Part shown: positions 14,393 to 26,871 of the stretch, piece by piece
Layout: every line of letters begins with the position of its first letter
How positions within the stretch are numbered: position 1 is the stretch's first letter
From: Octopus bimaculoides
Taxonomy: Eukaryota
DNA: 64,000 nucleotides
Reading direction: 5' to 3'
Assembly: GCF_001194135.2 (NCBI RefSeq)
Contig: NC_068997.1
Location: forward strand, 10,075,788-10,139,787
Program-made: the position numbers and the translations under genes
Notes under the pieces: generated by a model
The model's input: the letters and a program-made list of their open reading frames with translations, nothing else
Told to the model about the DNA's origin: nothing
Databases searched by the model: none

Positions 14393-15012
14393 TGGGACGA
14401 GGTGGTGAAGCATGATCTCTGAATGTTGGGCCTCACGGAGGCAATGACTAGTGATCAAGATCTTTGGCAATATGCTGTGCTTGAAAAAACCTGTTAAGCG
14501 TAGTGAGATTGCAGTTGTGGCCAATGCCAGTGTTGCATAACTGGCATGTAAAAAGCACCTTTCGAATGGTAGGCGATATGCTGTGCTTGAGAAGATCTGT
14601 CATGCTAAGTGAAATTGTAGTCATAGCCGATGCCAATGTTGTGTAACTGGCACCTGTTCTGGTGGCACGTAAAAAGCACTGTTTGAACGTTGGGCCTCAC
14701 AGAGGCAGTGACAGGTGGCTGAGACCTTTGATGATATACCGTGCTTGTGTAGACCTGTCAAGCCAAATGAGATTGTAGTTGTGGGCGATGCTGGTGTTAT
14801 GTAACTGGCACCCATGCCAGTGCATGTAAAAAGCACCCACTACTGTCTTGGAGTGGTTGACATTAGGAAGGGCGTCCAGTTGTAGAAACCATACCAAATC
14901 AGATTGGAACCTGGTGCAGCTCCCCCGGTATACCAGTTTTCAGTCAAACCATCCAACCAATGCCAGCTTGGAAAATGGACATTAAGTGATGATGATGATG
15001 ATGATGATGATG
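14393..15012 (+). mobile_element. RTE LINE 3' end with reiterated ORF-end/UTR units and (GAT)n tail
   Basis: WDEVVKHDL*MLGLTEAMTSDQDLWQYAVLEKT starts at 14393, then roughly three related units, the canonical UTR and the tail. Confidence 0.8.
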
Positions 15013-15224
15013 CATAGGTTTCAGGGTCAGTAAGGCTCACAAACCACCATGCCACAAAAAAGAACTGTACTTTGTGGAGAGGATGGTGTAATCTGAATGG
15101 GACACCATTTATTTCAAGTGGACAAGTGTTCATTGTTTGTAAGCAACTCAGATCATGTTGTTATTCTTGTTTGATGCTCTGATCATGTGAACTGGAGCAG
15201 ATATTTGGCACAGATGTAACTTGA

Positions 15225-15445
15225 CCCTTTAGCATTTAAATTGGCTGTACCTAACTCAGATATCCTACCCGTTTTATGTTCAAACTGGCCAGATTTGGCC
15301 TCTCTCACATCTGCCTTTTAATGACATTCTAAAAATAAACAACCACATCATCAAAATCTCGAAGCTGCAAGATAATGCATGATTAATTCAAAACAATGTG
15401 AATAATAAACATTATATTTGATAGAATAACCTGAGTGCTAAAGGG
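15225..15445. mobile_element. piggyBac-like (TTAA) MITE
   Basis: TIR CCCTTTAGCA / TGCTAAAGGG with TTGA / TTAA flanks. Related copies at 45740-45959 (TTAA both sides), about 17813-18060 (reverse) and about 34835-34900. Confidence 0.78.
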
Positions 15446-16819
15446 TTAATAAAGAAACCTGTAGTTAATGCTCTGTTTGCAATCATCCAGGAGCAGGCAT
15501 AGCTGTCATCATCATCATCATCATCATCATCGTTTTACATCTGCTTTCCATGCTGGCATGGGTTGGACGGTTTGACTGAGGACTGGCAAGCCAGGAGGNN
15601 NNNNNNNNTGGATGCCCTTCCTAATGCCAACCACTCCGAGAGTGTAGTGGGTGCTTTTAAATGCCACCGGTATGAAGACTAGCTGTGTTTTAAGAAATTT
15701 GCTTCATTACCAAATTCTTCCAGATATGAGCCTGCTGTGTATGTGCCTCTTGGGCCAGTGTCTTCTATTCTATATCAGGTTGGCTGGTACCTTGTGAGTG
15801 TAATTTGATAGCTGAAAACTGTGCAGAAGCCTGTCATGCATATATCATGTGATCATGTGATTGACCAGCCTGTCAGATGTTGTTATACATCGCTGGTCAC
15901 AATGTGCTTTGCATCATTTTAGCTTTCAGATGATGTCACCCCTCTGGCTAGACAAGGAGGTCTACTTTCGCCCTGATCGGAAGGCTAGTCTGTCGCAGAG
16001 TGACCCATTTACTGCTGAGTGGACTGGAGTGACATGAAATGAAGTGTTTTGCTCAAGAACACAATGCACCACTTGGTCTTGGAATCAAACCTATGGTCTC
16101 TAGATGGTGAGTGCAACACCCTAAACAAGCACCTTCATGCCATGTATACGTGTAGCCATAGAAACTGTGCCAAAGTAGACATTGGACCTTGGCATAGTCC
16201 TCTGGCTTGTCAGCTCTTATCAAACCGTCCAACTCATGCCAGCATAGGAAACAGACATTAAGCAATGATGATGATGAATGTGTGTGTGCTTGTGCTTGTG
16301 GCCATGTCTATGTTTATGTCTACCAATGTTTGTGCTTCCTGTCCTGGTACAAACTTTCCTCATGTGAAAATATATAACTTAGCTGTTTGACAAATAGGAG
16401 TGGATAAATTAAGTGTTAAGTATTAGACTGAAATAAGTACTGCAGTCAATATGATTGAGTGAAACCCTCTTTGAAAGTAATGCTCCAGTATGGCCACAGT
16501 TCATTGTCTGAACCAGTAAAAGAATTTATCTTTATTTTAGGCATGTCCTGAAATTTGTTGGAAGACACTGAACTAGACGAGCATCAAATATCTTTTATGT
16601 TTTACTTGTTTCAGTCATTAGACTGCAGCCATGCTGGAGCACTGCCTTGAAAAATATTAGTCAGACAAATGAACCCCAGTACTTAATTTTTTTTAAAGCC
16701 TAGTACTAATTCTATCGGTCTCTTTTGCTGAACTGCTAAGTTACAGGGATATAAACACAGCAATACCACTTGCCATGCAATGACAAAGACAAATCTATTC
16801 CCACTCCCACGCACACACA

Positions 16820-17035
16820 CAGAGTAATTCTTCGACTGTCGTGGTTGTTACGTTCCAAAACCTCTCACAGAAATAATTAGAATCTAAAAAGAATATAAAT
16901 ACCTATCAGCCACAGAAATCCGAAATCCGCGATATTCTGAGGAGTCCGTGATATAAATTTACATATATTAGCCAGAAAAATCCACAATGTACTGAGTGCG
17001 CGATAGGTGAATCATGATATGGTGAGGGATTACTG
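16820..17035. mobile_element. Tigger/pogo-like (Tc1/mariner) MITE inserted in the microsatellite of a SINE B copy
   Basis: Right end gagggattactg|ta; degenerate left end cagagtaattcttcga. Confidence 0.55.
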
Positions 17036-18079
17036 TATATATAAATATACATGATGGGCTTCTTTCAGTTTCCATTTACCAAATCCACTCACAAGGCTTT
17101 GGTCAGGTTGAGACTGTAATAGAAGACACTTGTCCAAGGTGCCACGCAGTGAGACTGAACCTAGAAGCATGTGACTGGGAAGCAAACTTCTTACTACGCA
17201 GCCACACCTGCACCTATATAGCTATTTTGCTTTTGATGGCGCCTGACAACAAACGCATACATTTTAGATAAGAGCACAGCTATCTGCTGTATTCTGAAAG
17301 TTGACTCAGGAGTATTAAGACATGCCTAGAGAGTTGAATCTGTAATTGGAATAAGCAGAAGGAATTAAGAAACCTGAAACCCATGTCTGGTTAGCTTTTA
17401 AGAGAGAGAGATCTAGAAGAGGATGAAATAGTGAAGTTGAAGTTGTTATGAAATTTGTCATAGTTAAGTAGTTGTTACTGATGTTGCTTATTTAACCCCA
17501 GGTCAAACTAGATTGGGCAGATCTATGATGAAAAGCATTTCGGTCATGACCATCCTTTGTTGTTAGGGCTAAACGGTTTATTATTTTCTATCTTTTTATT
17601 TTTCAGTTATTGGACTGTGGCCATGCTGGGGTACTTATTTTTCTCAAGTCTGGCACTTTTTGCTGAACTACTAAGTTATGAAGTTCAGTGGTATGTTTAT
17701 AGAAATAGTGCCGTGTCAGTGATTGGATATTGATCACCAATCCCTCAGCTAGTAAGTTGACAACCTGTTGACTTAACCAGCTGTGACTTAATAGTAAATA
17801 ATCTTACTTTAACTCTTTAGCATTCAAATTAGTTTGTTAAATTTAATGCTTATTTATTCACATTGTTTTTAGTTAATCATGCATTATCTTGTAGCTTTGA
17901 GATATTGTGATTGCTTACTTTTAAAATGATATTGTAGGGTATGTATGAGAGATTGGCCATTTTGAGCCTAAAACAAGTAGAATATTTTGGGCCAGATATG
18001 GCTGATTTAAATGCCAAAGTGCAAACTCTTTTACTGCAGAAAGCAAATATATCCATGCCAAATTTCATTACCTTTCATC

Positions 18080-18460
18080 ATCATCGTTTAACGTCCGCTT
18101 TCCATGCTAGCATGGGTTGGACGATTTGACTGAGGACTGGTGGACCAGGAGGCGACACCAGGCTCCAATCTGATTTGGCAGAGTTTCTACGGCTGGATGC
18201 CCTTCCTAACGCCAACCACTCCGAGAGTGTAGTGGGTGCTTTTACGTGCCACCGGCACGAGGGCCAGTCAAGCGGTACTGGCAACGGCCACACTTGAAAT
18301 GGTGTATTTTATGTGCCACCTGCACAGGAGTCAGTCCATCGGCACTGGCAACGATCTCGCTCGAATGTCTTTTCACGTGCCACTGGCACAAGTGCCAGGG
18401 AGGCGACGTTGGTAATGATCAACGGCCACGCTCGAAATAGTGTATTTTACGTGTCACCTG
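18080..18460 (-). mobile_element. RTE LINE 3' UTR copy
   Basis: (CAT)n followed by tttaacgtccgctttccatgctagcatgggttggacg..., the reverse complement of the 3121-3445 UTR. Confidence 0.85.
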
Positions 18461-18680
18461 CTTTAACTGTGGATAATCAGATTTTATATACCAATCTATC
18501 TTTTGTTGATGAATGAGATATGTCAAGTTAGTTGAGGCAATGTGATATAGCAAAAAATACCAATTCTATTTTTTGATAGATATTTAACATCATTACCGGA
18601 ATAACCATGAAATTTAATTTCGTTTGGTTTCTGGATTTGGTTTGCAAGATTCTTTATGTGAGTTCGTATGTTGAAGCATA

Positions 18681-18924
18681 TTCTGTTGTGTCTGGAGAGA
18701 GTCATTCTCTTTTGGTGCCTTATAATTTAACACACCCACCGGTAAAATTTCCACTTATTTCTTTTTTATTTTTCTAAGATTTTCGTTTACAAAGTCAAAA
18801 CTATTGAAAACATTGCAAGACGCAACAAAAATATTAGAAAAATAAAAAAAAAATAAGTGGAAATTTTACCGGTGAGTGTATTAAATTATAAGGCACCAAA
18901 AGACTCTCCCCAGACACAACAGAA
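18681..18924. repeat. Fold-back with arms of about 100 bp
   Basis: ttctgttgtgtctgg...ggtgccttataatttaa...ccggtaaaatttccacttattt pairs with aaataagtggaaattttaccgg...ttaaattataaggcacc...ccagacacaacagaa. Confidence 0.92.
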
Positions 18925-19546
18925 CTTGAAATTTAATTTCACATTTAAAGGATTAAATTGAACTGGTGAACTTCTTTCAGATGGGGTTTCAATTTTGAAA
19001 AGATGTTGCAGAGTTTGGTTGTCTTGAATGCATTAGCATAGCTAGTAGGGGGAGGGGAGCCCTGGGTGGCACTTTTAAAGGGGCAGCATTTTTGGGTCTA
19101 CTGTAGGTAATATGTGTTTTTTGTGGGGGTCTGGGGATGGCAAACCGAAGGACCGCCCTGGGCAGCACACACTTTAGTTACGTTAGTGTTTGAATGACCT
19201 AATTTTCAGTAGAAAAAGTGGAAAAACAGCATTGATTTGCAGAATTAACAAATATTTCTATGGATACTGTCTTGTTTGTTAGATTTTCATTTTGCTGGAG
19301 TGATTATTGTCTAGCACCCACCAACCAGGTTATCCCTAGTCAAACAAGCCTTATGATTCGTAGCATCCTCACTTAGATTATCCCTTCTTCTTTTCTCAGA
19401 AAAGTCTTGTAGGTGAAGGTGTGGCTGTGTGGTAAGAAGATTGCTTACCAACCACATGGTTCCAGGTTCAGTCTCACTGTGTGACACCTTGGGCAAGTGT
19501 CTTTTACTATAGCCTCGGGCTGACCAAAACTTTGTGAGTGGATTTG

Positions 19547-19586
<40 letters not shown>

Positions 19587-20117
19587 CATGCTTCTTTCAA
19601 TTTCTTTCAACCAAATCCACTCACAAGGCTTTGGTTGGCCCAAGGCTATAACAGAAAACACTTGCCCAAGGTGTCACACAGTGGGATTAATCCTGGAACC
19701 ATACAGTTGGGAAGCAAATTTCTTATCCCACAGCCACGACTGCACCTATGAACGGTTTAAGAATGAGTAACCTTTGAAGTGTTTCTGGTTCTAGACTCTT
19801 CCTAATATTTCAGCTTGATGCTGTAAATTAATGAAATGCTTGTCATTTATACAATGTGTCCTTCATTGCTCTGCCTGTCTTAAGTGCTAAAATTAGTTGG
19901 TAAACAACAATAAAGTACTTGATCAAATACCATTACTATATATAGCTTCAGTTGATCATTGTTTCATTTCCACATCCGCTTGGATTTGACTTTCATGTCT
20001 TTATTATCAGGATCATTAACATTAAAAACATCAGTCATATACTGGGATCACCACACACAGACACACTCACCCACACATACACGCACACACATACATATGT
20101 ATATTTACATACATACT

Positions 20118-20161
<44 letters not shown>

Positions 20162-20295
20162 TATATATATACATACATACATACACACATATATATGTAT
20201 ATATACGCACACACACACATATACTTATATACACACGCACATATATATATATATGTATATATGTATATATATATGTATATATATATATATATGTA

Positions 20296-20620
20296 TGGCA
20301 CGTGAAAAGACATTCGAGTGAGATCGTTGCCAGTGCCAATGGACTGGCTCCTGTGCAGGTGGCACGTAAAATACACCATTTCGAGTGTGGCTGTCGCCAG
20401 TACCATGTGACTGGCCCTCGTGCCGGTGGCATGTAAAAGTACCCACTACACTCTCGGAGTGGTTGGCATTAGGAAGGGCATCCAGCTGTAGAAACTCTGC
20501 CAAATCAGATTGGAGCCTGGTGTCGCCTCCTTGTCCACCAGTCCTCAGTCATATCGTCCAACCCATGCTAACATGGAAAACGGACGTTAAACAACGACGA
20601 TGATGATGATGATGATGATA
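20296..20620 (+). mobile_element. RTE LINE 3' UTR copy with (GAT)n tail
   Basis: Same UTR consensus as 3121-3445. Confidence 0.85.
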
Positions 20621-20827
20621 TATATAGTCATGGTGGATACTGGTGTCACACAACTGGCACCCATGTCAGCGGCACTTTAAAGCACCCATTACACTCTTGG
20701 AATGGTTGGCATTAGGAAGGGCATCTGGCCACAGAAACCATGCCAAAATTGACCCCAGTATCTATTGTTTAAATCCTGTTAGTTATTCTATCAGTCTCTT
20801 ATGCTGAACTGCTAAGTTAGGCATAAT

Positions 20828-21222
20828 GGCGCAGGAGTGGCTGTGTGGTAAGTAGCTTGCTTACCAACCACATGGTTCCAGGTTCAGTCCCACTGCATGG
20901 TACCTTGGGCAAGCATCTTCTACTATAGCCTCAGGCCGACCAAAGCCTTGTGAATGGGTTTGGTAGACTGAAACTGAAAGAAGCCTGTTGTATATATATG
21001 TGTGTAGGTGTTTGTGTGTCTGTGTTTGTCTCTCCAACATCGCTTGACAATCGATGGTGGTGTGTTTACGTCCCCATAACTTAGTGGTTCTGCAAAAGAG
21101 AATGATAGAATAAGTACCAGGGTTCCAAAGAATAAGTCCTGGGGTTGATTTGCTCGACTAAAAGGCGGTGCTCCAGCATGGCCGCAGTCAGTGACTGAAA
21201 CAAGTAAAAGAGATAAAAGAGA
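20828..21222 (+). mobile_element. SINE family B (tRNA-like head, internal TA/TG microsatellite, (GAGTAAAA)-like tail)
   Basis: Head ggcgcaggagtggctgtgtggtaag...ggttcagtccc and tail gactgaaacaagtaaaagag. Confidence 0.85.
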
Positions 21223-22557
21223 TAAACACACCAACACCAGTTGTCAAGTGGTGGTGGGGGACAAATGCAAAGGCACACACACACTCACGCACACAAAGTT
21301 TCAAATCCCTCAATAGGCCGGTGGACATTCGGATTTCCACCAGCCTCAGGAAAGGAAAGGTCCCTATTTGGGGCTTTGAAACTTAAACTAAAGTAGCATA
21401 AAATCTGAATCAAACTGTTTTGAACAATATCTCTCTCTCTCTCTCTCTCTTTCTCCCTCTCTCTGAACTTTTTAGAAAATCATATGATGGAGACAGGTGT
21501 ATGAACAACTTGCAAGTGTATTAGTTTGATGCTCGGGAAAATGAAAAAAAATCTCTTTACATTTTGAGCCTATGCTCTTCAACAGAAAGGAATAAGAGAA
21601 AATAACTAGAGAGAGAATAAAAAAAAAAAACTTGTAGATTTCAGCAATCCAACATGGCGAATGATATGTTTGTATATATGTGTGTGTGTGTGTAGTAAAC
21701 TGTTTTTAGTTTCTGTCTATCAAATCTATTCGCAAGGCTTTGGTTTGTCTGGGGCTGTAGCAGAAGACACTTGTCCAAGGTGGGACTGAACCCAGAAGCC
21801 TGTGGTTGTGAAGCAAACTCCTTACCCCTCAAATATGCCTTGAGAAATATGTGACCAAAGGTAGCTTAGTCATGACCATGCCATCTTATTTTTAGAGGTA
21901 ATACACTTAAAACTACATATGGGTGATTTGGTGGGTGATTTAGCCAGTGTATCTAAAAGGTCAGGTGACTATATGAAAACTCTCTCTCCCTCTCCCCCCT
22001 CTCCCTCTCCCCCCTCTCTCTGTCCTTGCTTGTTTAATCATTTATTTAACTGATGTTCAGTATAGCGGATTGGTAGTAATTAGACTAAGGCCAAATATAT
22101 TGCAGCTTGCTTGGAAATTTGACTACATTTGCATTTGTCGATGAAAGGGTCAAAGTTGCAGTGGTTTGTTAAAGAGAATATAGCTGAAAACCAGTTTTTT
22201 CTTACATATTTGAATATGTGACAAGCTGTTCTAACTATATATATGTATAAATGTTGATGCCACTGTGTTGATCCTAAGTTCATAACTCCAGCAAACGCTT
22301 GTAAAGATTCTTTAAGATCTGACCATTTTGACTCTAAACGTTCATGTCATTTGGTGTGTGAGAGCAAATGGCTGAGTGAGTCTTTTCAAGTTTAGAGATA
22401 GTAGAAGCTGAAAGCATTCATTAATATATAATGGCTTTCATATACATACTTATGTGTAAATGTGTGTGTGTGTGTATACACACACACTGATATATACATA
22501 TATGTATGTACATATATATATATATATTCATGCAAACATACACACATATATATATAT

Positions 22558-22604
<47 letters not shown>

Positions 22605-22777
22605 CACACACACATATATATATACACACACATATATATATATACACACATATATATATATACACACACATATATATATATATACACACACACACATATA
22701 TATATATACATACACACATATATATACATATGTATACACACACACACACACATGTATACATATATACATACTTACAA

Positions 22778-22816
<39 letters not shown>

Positions 22817-22977
22817 GTATGTGTGTATGTGTCTGTGTGGTAGGAAGCTTGCTTCCTAGCTACATGGTTCCAAGTTTAGTCTCACTACATGGCACCTTGG
22901 GCAAGTGTCTTCTACTATAGCCTCAGGCCAACCAAAGTGGATTTGGTAGATGGAAGCTGGAAGAAGCCTGTTGTATA

Positions 22978-23016
<39 letters not shown>

Positions 23017-23294
23017 GTATGTGTTCTCGCCATCACTTGACAACCAATGGCTGTGTTTATGTCCCCATAACTTAGCGGTTCGGCAAAAGGGCTCGATAGA
23101 ATAAGTACTAAGCTTACAGAGAATAATTCCTGGGGTCGATTTCTTCGGTGCTCTAGCATGGCTACAGTTAAATGACTGAATGAAGTAAAAGAATGTATAT
23201 TTATGTGTGTATATCTATACACACACATACATATAGACACACATACACACACACACACACACACACATACACACACACACACACNNNNNNNNNN

Positions 23295-23334
<40 letters not shown>

Positions 23335-23803
23335 CTGTTAGATGTTGAATATGAAGATATGACTATTAAATGCTATGTTAATTAGCATTGCTAATGTTCT
23401 ATTGTTAACAGGTTTTGTCAACATAATTTTCATTGTAGACACAGTCACACAATTTGTTTTTTTTTTTTTTTGCTGTCATAACTGAGTCTGATTTGGTTGA
23501 TTCTACAAACCATAATAATTCTTCAGACAAAACACTGTCAGTAATATTGTGTAAGAATTGATGTTATTTTGGTCATGAGGTTCAGTATTAGCATTAACGC
23601 CATAAATTGGCGGCAAGTTCTCTGCAAGTCATGCTTGTATTATGCAGTTTTACTTTCTCTTTGAGTAGTTTCATTTTACTTGCTCTTCTATCTTTTATGT
23701 ATAGATTTCTTGATGCAGCATTCTGGCTTGTCAGTCCTCAGTCAAACTGTCTAACCCATGCCAGCATGGAAAGTGGATGTTTAACAATGATGATGATGAT
23801 ATA

Positions 23804-23971
23804 GGCGCAGGCGTGGCTGTGTGGTAAGTAGCTTGCCTACCAACCACATGGTTCCGGGTTCAGTCCCACTGCGTGGCATCTTGGGCAAGTGTCTTCTACT
23901 TTAGCCTCGGGCCGACCAAAGCCTTGTGATGGAAGGTAGACGGAAACTGAAAGAAGCCCATCGTATATATG

Positions 23972-24006
<35 letters not shown>

Positions 24007-24210
24007 TTGTGTGTCTGTGTTTGTCCCCCTAGCATTGCTTGACAACCGATGCTGGTGTGTTTATGTCCCTGTCACTTAGCGGTTTGGCAAAATAGACTGA
24101 TAGAATAAATACTAGGCTTACGAAGAATAAGTCCTGCAGTCAATTTGCCTGACTAAAGGCGGTGCTCCAGCATGGCCATAGTCAAATGTCTGAAACAAGT
24201 AAAAAAAAAA
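23804..24210 (+). mobile_element. SINE family B, full length
   Basis: Same consensus as 20828. Confidence 0.87.
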
Positions 24211-24344
24211 AAAGTATATATATATATATATATATATATGACAAGCCATTGCAGGTGTCTTTGTGGTCACTTCAGGAAGCACCAGTCACATTGCTTTTTA
24301 AATCACACCCCGTCACCTTAAAGAGAAGGCAGGACACATTAGAC

Positions 24345-24638
24345 CAGTGGTTCCCAAACTTTTTTGGGTTGCTGCCCCCTTGACACTCAAGCCACATTCC
24401 TACCCCCCCACCTCAGCACCACAAACGTATACCACTTTCTGCAGCAAATTCAAATCAACTGTATTTCACAAGCAAAACAACCTAATTAACCCATTATCTT
24501 TTTTTGGGTGGGGGCAGGGTGTTACATCCATCGCCCTCTCTTGGCCACCCTATTATTGCCCAACTTTTCTTCAATGCCCCTCTTGGTCTTTCTGCCACCC
24601 ACAGTGGGGGGCAGTATCACCCACTTTTGGAACTGCTG
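24345..24638. mobile_element. hAT (Charlie-like) MITE with perfect 8-bp TSD
   Basis: TIRs CAGTGGTTCCCAAA / TTTTGGAACTGCTG. TSD CATTAGAC at 24337-24344 and 24639-24646. Confidence 0.88.
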
Positions 24639-25897
24639 CATTAGACAATGTAGTCCCATCATCATCATGTTTGCTTACCAAGTAAGGACTCATTATACAA
24701 CGTAGCTCCATCATCATCATCATCATCTCATCATCATCATCATCATCATCGTTTAACGTCCACTTTCCATGCTAGCATGGGTTGGACGATTTGACTGAGG
24801 ACTGGTGAGCCAGATGGCTACACCAGGCTCCAGCCTGATCTGGCAGAGTTTCTACAGCTGGATGCCCTTCCTAACGCTAACCACTCCGAGTGTGTAGTGG
24901 GTGCTTTTACGTGCCACTGGGCACATTAGATCCACCATCGTCACCATCACCATCATTCTTTTTACATTTGCTTATCATACTGGTATGAGTTGGACTGGTC
25001 ATCATAGTCTGGTCCAAGTTGTTTCTTTATATGGAGTTACTGCTCTCCTAACCAAACTGAAGGACTCTATCTCACTCATATCTTCCATTTTCGGCTTGGT
25101 TTTACTGCAGAATGCCCTTCCTATCAATACACACTTTACTGTCTTATGAAAGCATTTTATTGTGACATGAGAAAGTTCATTAGGTCGTCAACGACACCAA
25201 AAGACCCTCTTGACTCTGTGTTATCTCTGCTCGTTTGCCAACCACTTTAGAGCCAGTATTAGGTGTGTTTCATCATCATCATTCCAGCAACAGTGAACTT
25301 GTCTTGTGTCCTATAAAGCAAAGGAATTTTCATAACTCTATGGTGTGTTTTTTTTATCTCAAAGCAACATGACTCAGAACATGGTTGGCAGAGTATGATA
25401 ACAGAGGAATCAGGAAGGCTGAGGAATGCAGACAATTTAGGAGATGGTCAAAGCTTTTTTGATTGTGGTGTCTCTGGGACTATGTTGTCCAGTGTATCTT
25501 TCCATTTTTAAGATGATTGTGTATGACTTGAAGGGAGGTTTGGTAGATGTTTCTAGCAGGTTAAACAACGATGTAGTTGTCCCTTCTTTAATAGAGGAGT
25601 TGGACTCTGTTGGTGTTGTGATTAATGTCATAATCCAAATCACATGTTTGTGGCTATGTCTCATTGTAAAAAAATGGACTGGATTACTTGACAGCAAATC
25701 CACCTTTTCTGTCCCTCTCTCTCTGTCTCTCATTCTCTCTCTTTCCCCCCTTTCTTCTCCCTTCTCTCTCCCTCTCTGCTCCTGTTTCACCCTACCCCTT
25801 CACCTCTCTTTCACCCATTCCCTTTTCCACCCCTCTCTTTCACTCCTTACTCCTCTCTATCCCCCCTTCCCCTTCTCCCCTTCTCCCCTCTCCCCTC

Positions 25898-26871
25898 NNN
25901 NNNNNNNNNNNNNNNNNNNNNNNNNNNNNNNNNNNNNNNNNNNNNNNNNNNNNNNNNNNNNNNNNNNNNNNNNNNNNNNNNNNNNNNNNNNNNNNNNNNN
26001 NNNNNNNNNNNNNNNNNNNNNNNNNNNNNNNNNNNNNNNNNNNNNNNNNNNNNNNNNNNNNNNNNNNNNNNNNNNNNNNNNNNNNNNNNNNNNNNNNNNN
26101 NNNNNNNNNNNNNNNNNNNNNNNNNNNNNNNNNNNNNNNNNNNNNNNNNNNNNNNNNNNNNNNNNNNNNNNNNNNNNNNNNNNNNNNNNNNNNNNNNNNN
26201 NNNNNNNNNNNNNNNNNNNNNNNNNNNNNNNNNNNNNNNNNNNNNNNNNNNNNNNNNNNNNNNNNNNNNNNNNNNNNNNNNNNNNNNNNNNNNNNNNNNN
26301 NNNNNNNNNNNNNNNNNNNNNNNNNNNNNNNNNNNNNNNNNNNNNNNNNNNNNNNNNNNNNNNNNNNNNNNNNNNNNNNNNNNNNNNNNNNNNNNNNNNN
26401 NNNNNNNNNNNNNNNNNNNNNNNNNNNNNNNNNNNNNNNNNNNNNNNNNNNNNNNNNNNNNNNNNNNNNNNNNNNNNNNNNNNNNNNNNNNNNNNNNNNN
26501 NNNNNNNNNNNNNNNNNNNNNNNNNNNNNNNNNNNNNNNNNNNNNNNNNNNNNNNNNNNNNNNNNNNNNNNNNNNNNNNNNNNNNNNNNNNNNNNNNNNN
26601 NNNNNNNNNNNNNNNNNNNNNNNNNNNNNNNNNNNNNNNNNNNNNNNNNNNNNNNNNNNNNNNNNNNNNNNNNNNNNNNNNNNNNNNNNNNNNNNNNNNN
26701 NNNNNNNNNNNNNNNNNNNNNNNNNNNNNNNNNNNNNNNNNNNNNNNNNNNNNNNNNNNNNNNNNNNNNNNNNNNNNNNNNNNNNNNNNNNNNNNNNNNN
26801 NNNNNNNNNNNNNNNNNNNNNNNNNNNNNNNNNNNNNNNNNNNNNNNNNNNNNNNNNNNNNNNNNNNNNNN
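25898..26871. other. Assembly gap (N run), one of many
   Basis: Other large N runs at about 2921-3120, 6398-6687, 7812-8105, 27560-28007, 29917-30064, 36311-36768, 39886-40262, 41426-41812 and 46488-47101. ORFs that cross them are artefacts. Confidence 0.99.

Noticed and set aside
15720-15795. Plus-strand exon-like segment (ccag ... gtgagt, YEPAVYVPLGPVSS...)
   Set aside because: It aligns to a decayed SINE B body, and the donor comes from the SINE's ttgtgagtgg motif.
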